A stretch of DNA of 51,059 bases. It comes from a virus. Taxonomy: Duplodnaviria > Caudoviricetes. The stretch covers positions 1-51,059 of the IMG/VR virus record IMGVR_UViG_3300045738_001902; one strand, 5' to 3'. A program made the translations under genes and the position numbers. Below are positions 1 to 7,405 of the stretch, in pieces. The notes below the pieces were generated by a model that was not told the origin of the DNA, did not search any database, and worked only from the letters and a program-made list of their open reading frames with translations. The number at the start of each line of letters is the position of its first letter. Positions within the stretch are counted from its first letter, which is position 1.

Positions 1-152
1 AAGGTGACCATCAGCGAAGGCACCAGATAGCACACCAGGATGATCGGCACGAAGGTGTAGAAGCGCTGCCACCCCTCGCGGTCGCGCGTCGCGAACACGA
101 AGCCGAGGATGAGGGCCAGCAGCCCGAAGATGATCCGGTCGTCGGTGATCAT
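1..152 (-). CDS. Host membrane protein, probably DUF819 family (5' part only; runs off the window)
   Basis: ATG at 152; MITDDRIIFGLLALILGFVFATRDREGWQRFYTFVPIILVCYLVPSL resembles DUF819 N-termini; lies outside attL. Confidence 0.6.
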   Translation of the reverse strand, partial: MITDDRIIFGLLALILGFVFATRDREGWQRFYTFVPIILVCYLVPSLMVT

Positions 153-219
153 GAGGAAGAAGCGCTCCGCTGCGGTGACAATCGCGGGGGCCTAGCGGGC
201 GCGGATGCGAAAATCCATG

Positions 220-248
220 TTGACCGCGCCTCCGCGCACAGGCAAATC
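220..248 (+). promoter_or_regulatory. Putative host sigma70 promoter of the original tRNA-Gly gene
   Basis: TTGACC at 220-225, then GCAAAT at 242-247, a GC-rich discriminator and the tRNA 5' sequence from 263. Confidence 0.55.
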
Positions 249-262
249 GCCCCCACCGCGCC

Positions 263-299
263 GCGGGTGTAGCTCAATGGTAGAGCAGCAGCTTCCCAA
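263..299 (+). repeat. attL: 37-bp copy of the tRNA-Gly 5' half, ending at the anticodon loop
   Basis: GCGGGTGTAGCTCAATGGTAGAGCAGCAGCTTCCCAA is identical to 39601-39637; the sequences diverge right after the anticodon loop. Confidence 0.95.
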
Positions 300-340
300 T
301 GTTCGCGATCAACGGTTTTCCGCCGTTTTTTGTGCGCGAT

Positions 341-381
341 CTTTCCAATATCGCCCGATTTTCCCCTTTATGTTGGAAGGG
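341..381. promoter_or_regulatory. Putative integrase arm-type sites (left arm)
   Basis: ATGTTGGAAGGG at 370-381 and inverted variant CTTTCCAATAT at 341-351; the same motif clusters next to attR. Confidence 0.55.
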
Positions 382-386
382 TTCGC

Positions 387-1682
387 TCAGGCTTGCTCCC
401 TGCGCTCGCGGTCCTTGGCCTCGCGGGCGGTGACCAGGGCGATCGCGCGGGCGGCGCGGCCGGTGGTGCGGGGCATGTAGGTTTTGAGGATCCTGCGGGT
501 CTCGTCGATGTCGTGGCCGGTGATCGCCGCGATCAGATGGTCCTCGAGGCCGAGCTCGCCCAGGTAGACGACGCAGGTGCGGCGCAGGTCGCGGAACTGC
601 AGCGTGCGGATCTCGGCCGCGAGATCGGGCTGCTGCTGCTGCTCGGCGGCAATCGCCGCTGCCTCGCGGACGTCGGCGAAGTCGCGGATGAAGCGGGTCT
701 GTCCGCTGGTGCCGGCATAGATCGCGACGCGATCGGCTTCGGTGCGGGTGTCGTCGAGGATCATGTTGAGGCGCTCGGCCGCGCGGGCGCGCTCGATGTT
801 CGCCTCGAGGCGGCGGCGGGTGTCGCCGGTCACCGGCACCTCGATCCAGGCGCCGGTCTTGTTCTGGCGGATGCGGATCCCGCGCGGGATGTTGTCGGGC
901 GCCGCGGCGGCCAGCGTGGCGTAGTCTTCGGGCTGCATCTTGTGCGCCGGCAGGACGACATATTGCGGAATGACGGTCTGGAGAATGTCTGCCTCGCGCT
1001 GGCCGATGGCGTAGCCGAGCACGATCGCCAGCGCGATCGAGGGGAAGCCGAGCCGATCGGCGGTGGCGACGATCAGCTCGCGCGCCGGCGGCGACCAGAT
1101 GACGTCGCGCGGGCCGGGCTGGCCGAGCCCGAAATCCTCGAACGGGTTCTTGCCCTGCTCCCACAGATCCTCGTCGATCAGATAGGCGAACAGCTGGCGG
1201 CCGATCTTGAGCGTCGAATGGGCGGCGTGGTGGCCGATGCCGCCGGCAGCCTCGGGCGACATCATGCCGGTGCGCAGCGTCCGGACCCGGGCGCGCGTGA
1301 TGAAGGCGAGCGGGTGCTTGCCGGCCCAGTGCTCGAGCCGCTTGAGCCCGGTCTCGTAGGTCTTGGCGGTGCTCGGCGCGATGCGCGGGGAGCCGTCGGG
1401 CTTGGTGCCCTTGACGACGTCGCGGCGGTAGAGCTCGATCGCGTGGCCGAGCGTGCCGTCCTGCCGGCGGTCGCGCACCTGGGGGACGGTGGCGCCGCGC
1501 TTCCACTCCTCGACCTCGCGGTTGATTTCCTGCGCCGCGGCAATCGCCGCGCCTTCGTTCTTGCCCAGCGGGCGCGGATCCCATCCGGCGTCGCGGAGCG
1601 TCTTGCTGGGTTGCCAGTACCAGCTGGTCACCTTCGCCTTGTTGGTGCGGCCGACCAGGCAGGGGATCGAGATCTTCGCCAT
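387..1682 (-). CDS. int: Tyrosine recombinase (phage integrase), 431 aa
   Basis: Start MAKISIPC coupled to the upstream stop (TGATG); motifs GQREADIL, FRDLRRT, ITGH, LKTY; adjacent to attL. Confidence 0.92.
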   Translation of the reverse strand: MAKISIPCLVGRTNKAKVTSWYWQPSKTLRDAGWDPRPLGKNEGAAIAAAQEINREVEEWKRGATVPQVRDRRQDGTLGHAIELYRRDVVKGTKPDGSPRIAPSTAKTYETGLKRLEHWAGKHPLAFITRARVRTLRTGMMSPEAAGGIGHHAAHSTLKIGRQLFAYLIDEDLWEQGKNPFEDFGLGQPGPRDVIWSPPARELIVATADRLGFPSIALAIVLGYAIGQREADILQTVIPQYVVLPAHKMQPEDYATLAAAAPDNIPRGIRIRQNKTGAWIEVPVTGDTRRRLEANIERARAAERLNMILDDTRTEADRVAIYAGTSGQTRFIRDFADVREAAAIAAEQQQQPDLAAEIRTLQFRDLRRTCVVYLGELGLEDHLIAAITGHDIDETRRILKTYMPRTTGRAARAIALVTAREAKDRERREQA

Positions 1683-2170
1683 CAGCTGTCTCCCTCGACG
1701 ATCTGGGCCTCGATCGTCGGCCATGGCTCGCGGGCGTTGGCGCAGTCGGGGGCATGGCCGGCCTTGGCGGTGCGGCCGCAGGCCTGACAGATGCTGGCGG
1801 GATCGCGAACCTTTACGGTGGCGGAACCGGCGGGCGAATCGGAGGCCGTCGTATCGGGTGCCGGCTGCTGGCCGAAGCGGCGGGCGTCGGGCTTGCCCTG
1901 GCGCGCGGCCTGGGCATCGGTGAGATTGGCGGCGAAGGCGGGAGAGAGCCGCCGCTCGGCCGTGCGGCAGGCATCGGCATGGGCGATCAGCGCGGCCGCC
2001 ATGTCGCGCAGGAAGCCGTCGTGGAGCTCGCGCTCGCCCGAGCAGAGCGCGCGCATGGTGCGTTCGCCCATTTTGAGAATGCGCGCGGCGGGGCGCTGGC
2101 CGCCGAGGAGCTCGGTGGCCTCGCGCCACAGGGCGCGCTGGGTTTCGGGATCTGCGGGGGTGGTTTTCAT
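1682..2170 (-). CDS. HTH (Cro-like) DNA-binding protein, co-transcribed with int
   Basis: LLGGQRPAARILKMGERTMRALCSG HTH pattern; C-terminal CxxC..H..C; RBS AAGGA. Confidence 0.65.
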   Translation of the reverse strand: MKTTPADPETQRALWREATELLGGQRPAARILKMGERTMRALCSGERELHDGFLRDMAAALIAHADACRTAERRLSPAFAANLTDAQAARQGKPDARRFGQQPAPDTTASDSPAGSATVKVRDPASICQACGRTAKAGHAPDCANAREPWPTIEAQIVEGDS

Positions 2171-2173
2171 GGT

Positions 2174-2246
2174 GGGTCCTTCGACCGATCGCGCGGCCCG
2201 AGTGCCGACGCGCAGTAAGTGTTAGCAGTTCGGGCGCGGCGGGCAA
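2174..2246 (-). promoter_or_regulatory. Putative promoter and structured leader of the HTH-int unit
   Basis: Minus-strand TTGCCC (2241-2246) and GCTAACAC; leader 2174-2211 is similar to 12912-12950. Confidence 0.5.
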
Positions 2247-2311
2247 GTGGCGCCCGCCGCGGCTCCGGGACAGTGGGGTTCGGCTATTTCATGGGGGCCT
2301 CCTCCTTGGTG

Positions 2312-2713
2312 CTAGAACGGGATATCGAAATCGGGCGGCATCATGCGACCTTCGGCAGCTGTCTCCTGCCGGCGCAGGGCGATCCTGGCGAAAGGAACCC
2401 CGGCTTCGTCGCAAAGGCGCGTGATCGCGTCGATCGCCTCCGCATCGATGCGGCCCTGCAGCTGTTCGATGATACGCAGGGAGCGCTCGAAGGTGAGATA
2501 GCCGGTGCCGCAGGTGCCCGGGTGGTACGGGGGGAGCTGATCGCCATCGGTTGCGGCATTCAGCGCCGCCTCAAGGGCCTCGCGCTGGCGATGGCGGATC
2601 CGCGATCGTGCTCCTGCCTTGGTGTAGTCGTCGGGCCAGCGCTTGCCGCGAGTGGCAGCATAGGCGCTGCAGGCGGCTTCCAGCATTTCCTCGGTCGGCT
2701 CCGTGGGCGTCAT
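2312..2713 (-). CDS. Phage hypothetical protein, 133 aa, ending in an SSB-like tail DFDIPF
   Basis: Start MTPTEPTEEML overlaps the upstream stop (ATGA). Confidence 0.65.
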   Translation of the reverse strand: MTPTEPTEEMLEAACSAYAATRGKRWPDDYTKAGARSRIRHRQREALEAALNAATDGDQLPPYHPGTCGTGYLTFERSLRIIEQLQGRIDAEAIDAITRLCDEAGVPFARIALRRQETAAEGRMMPPDFDIPF

Positions 2714-3375
2714 CTCGAGGGTTCTCCTGTTGCGGTGATGAGCTCGTGGTTGCGGGTGGCGGCGAAGAGGCTCTCCTCGGCGCGGATATCGTCCTGCCAG
2801 TTGCAAGCTTCGACGATTTCGAAGGGCGTGTGGGGGCCGAATTCGGCGCGGGCGCGCTCGATGACCTGCTCGCGGGTGTCGCCGAACTGGTCGTATTGGT
2901 CGCCGCCGATCTCGCGCGCCCACCATTCCCATTCGCCGGTGCTGCCCGATGCCTGCCGCCAGGCGAGGAGGAGCTCCTCGTCCTTGTCGTCCCATTCGGC
3001 GTCGCGGTCCTCATAAACCGCTTCGTCCTTCGAGCGCAGCACGGCCTCGATCGCATTTAGGAGCCCGTCGAGGCTGATGAGAAGGGCTGCAGCTGCTGCG
3101 TCGACCTTCTCGGGAGCGAGTTCGACCCGGCCTCGTTCATTGCGCCAAGTGGTCGCACGGCGGAAATACTCTGCCAAATGCTCGGGTGAATTGGTGAGCC
3201 AGTGTAGGTCGCAAGAACCAGCGGGCACTTCCCCCGCCGCGGCGGCATCAAGTATGGCTTCAACAGTCGGTGGCTTGCCCTCGGTGGTGATCGGAGAAAA
3301 GGGGGTGGGATGGCTTTCGCCGTCTCCCGCCCCAGGCTCGCGGCCGGGGTCGCATTCGGCTGCGGTATCGGTCAT
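2710..3375 (-). CDS. Phage hypothetical protein, 221 aa, acidic
   Basis: Start MTDTAAE overlaps the upstream stop (ATGA); in the early operon chain. Confidence 0.65.
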   Translation of the reverse strand: MTDTAAECDPGREPGAGDGESHPTPFSPITTEGKPPTVEAILDAAAAGEVPAGSCDLHWLTNSPEHLAEYFRRATTWRNERGRVELAPEKVDAAAAALLISLDGLLNAIEAVLRSKDEAVYEDRDAEWDDKDEELLLAWRQASGSTGEWEWWAREIGGDQYDQFGDTREQVIERARAEFGPHTPFEIVEACNWQDDIRAEESLFAATRNHELITATGEPSR

Positions 3376-3581
3376 GGTTGGTTTCCCTGTGCGGACGTGG
3401 TGCCGGTGCTGCGGTCCTCGCGCAGCTTCAAGTGGTATTTCTTCGCGCGGGTGTAGGTTTCGAGCCAGACCCATGTGCCGTTATCGAGGCGGCGGGGGAG
3501 CCAGGCGAAGAAGGTGCCTTCGCGCCTGGGGCGATGCAGTTTGCGGAGCGAGGCGAGCAGCTGCGCACGGCGGAATCTCAC
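3372..3581 (-). CDS. Small phage protein, 69 aa (FAWLP...WVWLE motif)
   Basis: GTGA overlap with the upstream gene; motif FFAWLPRRLDNGTWVWLETY. Confidence 0.6.
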   Translation of the reverse strand: MRFRRAQLLASLRKLHRPRREGTFFAWLPRRLDNGTWVWLETYTRAKKYHLKLREDRSTGTTSAQGNQP

Positions 3582-4168
3582 AGGGCCATCTCCTTCTGGC
3601 GATCGGGGGCGCGGCGGGCCATGATCTCGGCCATGTGGCTTTCCCATTCGAGGGCCGCGGCGCGGGTGGTGTCGTCGGTGGCGAGGATCGCGAGACCGGG
3701 CGGGCCGCCATTGCTCGCGGTCCAGTCCCAGCCATCGTCGTAGGTCTCGGCCAGCGCCGAGAGGCAGGCGATGCGGTGGTCGGCCTGGTCGCGCGTCATG
3801 CGGCCGCCGGCGATCCAGTCGGGATAGACGCGGTCGCGCATGCGCAGCTCGCGCGCCAGGCCGGAGCGGCGGGTGCGCCAGTCGAGACCGTGCGCCGGCG
3901 GTGTCGAGGGGATGGCGGGCCAGCTGCCGGTCATCAGGAAGGTCGCATAGTCGGCGGCGGCGCGGGCGCGCAGCGCGGCGATGCGCGCCAGATCCTCGCG
4001 CCAGGCGGCGATCAGCGCCATCTGGTGATCGGCCTCGGCCTGCGTCATCCGCAGCGCCTCGACGCGGCCGGGATAGAAGCTGCGGCGCTGATCCTCCTCG
4101 CGCAGCAGCTCGGCGGCGACCTGGTCGATCGTGACGGGGTGGAGATGGTGGAGTTGGCCGAGCGCCAT
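3578..4168 (-). CDS. Phage hypothetical protein with a duplicated domain, 196 aa
   Basis: Two copies of R..YP......RMT...ADH..A; coupled start. Confidence 0.7.
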   Translation of the reverse strand: MALGQLHHLHPVTIDQVAAELLREEDQRRSFYPGRVEALRMTQAEADHQMALIAAWREDLARIAALRARAAADYATFLMTGSWPAIPSTPPAHGLDWRTRRSGLARELRMRDRVYPDWIAGGRMTRDQADHRIACLSALAETYDDGWDWTASNGGPPGLAILATDDTTRAAALEWESHMAEIMARRAPDRQKEMAL

Positions 4169-4419
4169 CACCCCATCCCCAGCGCGGTTTTGTAGGTCTC
4201 GAGGATGGTTTCCTCTTCGGCGCGATCGTCGGGGTTCATCTTGCGCAGGCGGACGATCTGGCGGGCGATCTTTGGAGTGTAGCCGACCGCCTTCATCTCG
4301 CCGTAGACGTCGCGGATATCGTCGGCGATGCCCTTCTTTTCCTCCTCGAGCCGCTCGATGCGTTCGATCAGCAGGCGGAGGCGATCGTCGCTTGCGCTGT
4401 TATGGCCGGGCCCGCTCAT
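4168..4419 (-). CDS. gapR: GapR/DUF2312 nucleoid-associated protein homologue
   Basis: [34 protein letters not shown]...IVRLRKM...[15 protein letters not shown] is the DUF2312 signature. Confidence 0.92.
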   Translation of the reverse strand: MSGPGHNSASDDRLRLLIERIERLEEEKKGIADDIRDVYGEMKAVGYTPKIARQIVRLRKMNPDDRAEEETILETYKTALGMG

Positions 4420-4741
4420 GCTGCGCGCCCGTAGCCGGACAAGGGGCCGGGCAGCGGGGCGGGCAGCGGGGCGGGCAGACGGTGCGATCGGCGCGCCGGC
4501 AGATCAGGCTTTCGCCATCCCACCAGGCGTCGCATCGCCGCGGCGGCGGGGGCGGGTCGAGATCGGGCATCGGCGGATCCTCGCAGCGCAGCTGCAGCAG
4601 CATGCCGAGCGGCGGGGCCTCGAAGCGCATCGAACCGATTTCGTCCGCGAGGCGCAGCATGGCGATGGCGGGGCGGGCTCGGCGCGAAAGAAAGGCGCGG
4701 CGACGGATGCGGGTGGCGATCTCGAGCTGTTCGGGCGTCAT
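4400..4741 (-). CDS. Hypothetical protein with a Cys/Pro-rich tail, first gene after the LexA-like box
   Basis: ATG at 4741 ([11 protein letters not shown]); [14 protein letters not shown] tail; start and frame uncertain. Confidence 0.4.
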   Translation of the reverse strand: MTPEQLEIATRIRRRAFLSRRARPAIAMLRLADEIGSMRFEAPPLGMLLQLRCEDPPMPDLDPPPPPRRCDAWWDGESLICRRADRTVCPPRCPPRCPAPCPATGAQHERARP

Positions 4742-4746
4742 GCGAA

Positions 4747-4834
4747 TCGGTATAGAATACCGACCCGCCTGTAGGAAACACAAAGAGAACATTCCCGCGC
4801 GATTGTAGGATTTGTCCTAGGGAAATTCCTACAG
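4747..4834. promoter_or_regulatory. AT-rich regulatory cassette with a LexA-like box
   Basis: AAAC-ACAAAGA-GAAC at 4776-4790 (one mismatch to GAAC-N7-GAAC); TGTAGGA at 4770 and 4804, inverted at 4827; palindrome TCGGTAT-AGA-ATACCGA at 4747-4763. Confidence 0.55.
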
Positions 4835-5074
4835 TCATGCCGTCACCAGCTCGAGGCTGTCGGCGATCGAGGCCGCGATATCGTCGATGGTCTGCCACGA
4901 TTCGACGGCGCGCGGGGAGAGGTCGATGTTCCAGGCGCGCTCGATGCCGAGCGAGAGGCGCTGGATATCGGGCGCGGTCATGGCGAGGTCTTCGGCCAGG
5001 CTGGTGTCGCCGCGGCGATTGTCGCGGGGAAACATCTGGGCGAGCTGCTCGAGGATCTGGGGATTGCGGTTCAT
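4835..5074 (-). CDS. Acyl-carrier-protein-like protein lacking the phosphopantetheine Ser, 79 aa
   Basis: DTSLAEDLAMTAPDIQRLSLGIERAWNIDLS...WQTIDDI aligns by eye with ACP [28 protein letters not shown]...ITTV. Confidence 0.65.
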   Translation of the reverse strand: MNRNPQILEQLAQMFPRDNRRGDTSLAEDLAMTAPDIQRLSLGIERAWNIDLSPRAVESWQTIDDIAASIADSLELVTA

Positions 5075-5313
5075 GGGTTCATTGGCTCCTCTGCGGGGGT
5101 GGGTTCCGGGCCGAGCGCGTCGGCGGCGAGACGGGTGACGCCGATCGCCAGCAGCGCGGCGATCGCCAGCACGGCTGCGGCGGTGGCGAGACGGATCATG
5201 CCGTCGCGGCGGCGGGTGCGGCGGTTCTCGTCGACCTCCCGCTGCAGCCATTCGGCCAGCTGGGGTTCGCCATTGGCGCGGGCTGCGTCGACGAGTTGCT
5301 TGGGGTCATGCAT
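5071..5313 (-). CDS. Small membrane protein, 80 aa
   Basis: One hydrophobic helix LATAAAVLAIAALLAIGV; RBS GGAGGAG. Confidence 0.65.
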   Translation of the reverse strand: MHDPKQLVDAARANGEPQLAEWLQREVDENRRTRRRDGMIRLATAAAVLAIAALLAIGVTRLAADALGPEPTPAEEPMNP

Positions 5314-5809
5314 GTTCGGTCTCCTCCCGGTGGTTGTCCTGGCCGGCCTGCGCGGCGATAAAGTCGTCGCGGTCGACCAGCGCGACCAGCATGGCGATCG
5401 CGGCGATGCGGTGGCTGCGGACGGTCTCGGCAGAGCGTGCGTTGCGCGCGAGCATCAGGAAATGTTCGGCGCCCAGCGTGAAGAAGGTGGGCCCGTGTTC
5501 GGTGTCGCTGGCCGGGGAGTGGCCCTTGGCGAGATGATGGGTGCGCAGGCGGACCACGCTCTCGAGAGAGCCGCCGGGCGCCAGCGAGGGGACGTCGGCG
5601 GCCCAGCGATCGAGCGACCAGCCCTCGGGTGGCCAGTGGTCGGCGCGGCAGTCGAAGCGATCCCCGAAGAGTGCGGCAAACCGCTCCGTCGCCGGATATT
5701 CGGTAACCCTGTACGCAACAGGTCCGGCAGCGGAGCGGTCCGCGTCCTCGATGCCGGGGGAAGGGTCGGCATCGAGGGGGAGCTCGAGAGAGAGAAGCGG
5801 GCGGTTCAT
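5306..5809 (-). CDS. Phage hypothetical protein, 167 aa
   Basis: Start MNRPLLSLEL with ATGA overlap. Confidence 0.6.
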   Translation of the reverse strand: MNRPLLSLELPLDADPSPGIEDADRSAAGPVAYRVTEYPATERFAALFGDRFDCRADHWPPEGWSLDRWAADVPSLAPGGSLESVVRLRTHHLAKGHSPASDTEHGPTFFTLGAEHFLMLARNARSAETVRSHRIAAIAMLVALVDRDDFIAAQAGQDNHREETEHA

Positions 5810-5922
5810 CGCGCGGCCGCCTCCAGCAAGGCAAGCGCGGCGTAGCCGAGCAGCAGCAGGCCGGGGAGCGACCAGAGCAGCTCGCGATGGGCGCGCGACG
5901 GGACGGTCCGGAGCGCGCTCAT
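5806..5922 (-). CDS. Small hydrophobic peptide, 38 aa
   Basis: MSALRTVPSRAHRELLWSLPGLLLLGYAALALLEAAAR; ATGA overlaps at both ends. Confidence 0.55.
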   Translation of the reverse strand: MSALRTVPSRAHRELLWSLPGLLLLGYAALALLEAAAR

Positions 5923-6215
5923 GGCGTGACATAGTCCGGATCGTAGCGGGTGCGCACGTCGGGCGGGAGCGTATCGGCGACCGCGGGGTCGAGCGTCTTG
6001 ATGGCGACGGTGTTGGCGTCGGACGTGGCCTGCGCGGTGATGACCTGCTGCGCCAGCTGGGCCTCCTGCGTGACGGCGAGGCGGCGATCGGTGATGGCCT
6101 GGCTGACGTCGATCGCCTCGCGCAGGTTGATCTCCTCGGCTTCCCACCCGGTCTTGGCGGCGGGCTCGAGTTCGTCGAGGATAGCGAGCAGCGCGCCTTC
6201 GGCGGTGCGGGTCAT
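5919..6215 (-). CDS. Phage hypothetical protein, 98 aa
   Basis: Start MTRTAEGALL with ATGA overlap. Confidence 0.6.
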   Translation of the reverse strand: MTRTAEGALLAILDELEPAAKTGWEAEEINLREAIDVSQAITDRRLAVTQEAQLAQQVITAQATSDANTVAIKTLDPAVADTLPPDVRTRYDPDYVTP

Positions 6216-6523
6216 GCGCCGATCTCCACGATCGTCGTGTGTTGTGCGGCCATCCCCCGTCCGCGCAGCGCGGCCTGGAGCCGGTCGCCCTCGCTCTCGA
6301 GGAAGGAACGCAGCGCTTCCCAGGCAATGACGCGCACCTGGAATTGATCCTCGAGCGCAGCAGTGACGATGATCGTCTCGATCCGGTCGAATGCCTCGCT
6401 CACTGCATGGGATGCGACCTCGGCGACTTCGACTGCCTTCGCGGGTTCCATTCCCGACTGACGCAAGGCCTTCGCGAACGGCAGCGAGATGTTGCCCGGT
6501 GAGCGTGGATAGCGGTGGCCCAT
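6212..6523 (-). CDS. Phage hypothetical protein, 103 aa
   Basis: Start MGHRYPRS with TGATG overlap; RBS GAGG. Confidence 0.6.
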   Translation of the reverse strand: MGHRYPRSPGNISLPFAKALRQSGMEPAKAVEVAEVASHAVSEAFDRIETIIVTAALEDQFQVRVIAWEALRSFLESEGDRLQAALRGRGMAAQHTTIVEIGA

Positions 6524-6891
6524 CACGCCACCTCGCGGTCGTTCGAGAAGACCAGGCGCAGGTCGCTCGCGGCCGCGTCCATCGCTTCGGCGGCGGCGGC
6601 CTCGGCGGCATCGTCGAGCGCGGCGGCGGCGCTGGGGGGGAGATAGTTGCCGAGCCAGTCGATGACGCCGGCGCGGATCCATTCGCTGCGGGGGGCGACG
6701 CCGGTCTCGAGACCGCCGCCGTGCTTGCGATGGGGAAGCGGGCGGGGAAAGCCAGCCTGGTCGATCAGCAGGTCGATGTAATCGACGAGGATTTCGTCGC
6801 TGCCGCGGTGGCCGAGCACCTTGCCGACCCAGCGGAAATTGCACGTCGCCTGGCCTTCGTGGCGGGCGAGCATGGCAGAAAAGGCGGACAT
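6523..6891 (-). CDS. First early gene; AlpA/excisionase-like winged-helix candidate
   Basis: GFPRP...W....V.DWL pattern; RBS GGAGG; directly downstream of the operators. Confidence 0.55.
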   Translation of the reverse strand: MSAFSAMLARHEGQATCNFRWVGKVLGHRGSDEILVDYIDLLIDQAGFPRPLPHRKHGGGLETGVAPRSEWIRAGVIDWLGNYLPPSAAAALDDAAEAAAAEAMDAAASDLRLVFSNDREVA

Positions 6892-6923
6892 TCGCTAACC
6901 TCCGTATGAACTACGAAGGGCGT

Positions 6924-6975
6924 TGTAAGCGTTCCGCTTACAGTGTCAAACTAAAATGTAAGCGATATGCTAACC
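6924..6975. promoter_or_regulatory. Left operators and leftward promoter (OL/PL-like)
   Basis: TGTAAGCG-TTC-CGCTTACA at 6924-6942 and TGTAAGCG-ATA-TGCTAACC at 6957-6975 flank minus-strand TTGACA at 6944-6949. Confidence 0.8.
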
Positions 6976-7311
6976 TGCTCGCTTGGCGTCGTCCGGGCGA
7001 TAGGGTGCGACGACGTCGGCGACGCGGTCGAGCTGCTCGAGCTGCGAGGGGTCGGCGGCGCGCATGCGGTCGATCATCGCCCGCTCCTGGAGCGAGAGCG
7101 CATAGGGATTGTCCTCGATCGCGAGGAGATCGGGGGCGGCGCAGCCGAGCGCGCCGGAGATCCGCCGCATATAGTCGAGCGTGAGCTGCATCTTGCCCAG
7201 CTCGAGATCCGACACGGTCACCTTGGACGTGCCGATCGCATCGGCGAGCCGCTGCTGCGACCAGCCTTTCTCCATCCGCAGGGCGCGGATCCTGTTCGGT
7301 GCCTGTTCCAC
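6970..7311 (-). CDS. XRE-family phage repressor (CI-like) without an S24 peptidase domain
   Basis: NRIRALRMEKGWSQQRLADAIGTSKVTVSDLELGK; divergent from the Cro-like gene; GTG start inferred. Confidence 0.85.
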   Translation of the reverse strand: MEQAPNRIRALRMEKGWSQQRLADAIGTSKVTVSDLELGKMQLTLDYMRRISGALGCAAPDLLAIEDNPYALSLQERAMIDRMRAADPSQLEQLDRVADVVAPYRPDDAKRAG

Positions 7312-7321
7312 CGGGAGAAAA

Positions 7322-7397
7322 TGTAAGATTTGCGCTGACACGCCTAGCTGCCTAATCGCTGACAGGGGCTTGTCAATATGTAAGCGCATCGCTTACG
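7322..7397. promoter_or_regulatory. Right operators and divergent promoters (OR-like)
   Basis: TGTAAGAT-TTG-CGCTGACA at 7322-7340; half site CGCTGACA at 7357-7364; TGTAAGCG-CAT-CGCTTACG at 7379-7397; minus-strand TTGACA at 7371-7376. Confidence 0.8.
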
Positions 7398-7405
7398 TTA
7401 AGGTT

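Noticed and set aside
263-299. Second tRNA gene
   Set aside because: Only nt 1-37; no T arm or 3' acceptor strand follows
387-2246. 619-aa integrase and other extended ORF-track starts (7435, 7845, 10444, 22978, 27374)
   Set aside because: Extensions overlap real upstream genes; coupled starts (ATGA/GTGA/TGATG) give shorter products
4742-4792. N-terminal extension MFSLCFLQ...
   Set aside because: The ATG is part of the LexA-like box; more likely regulatory DNA than coding
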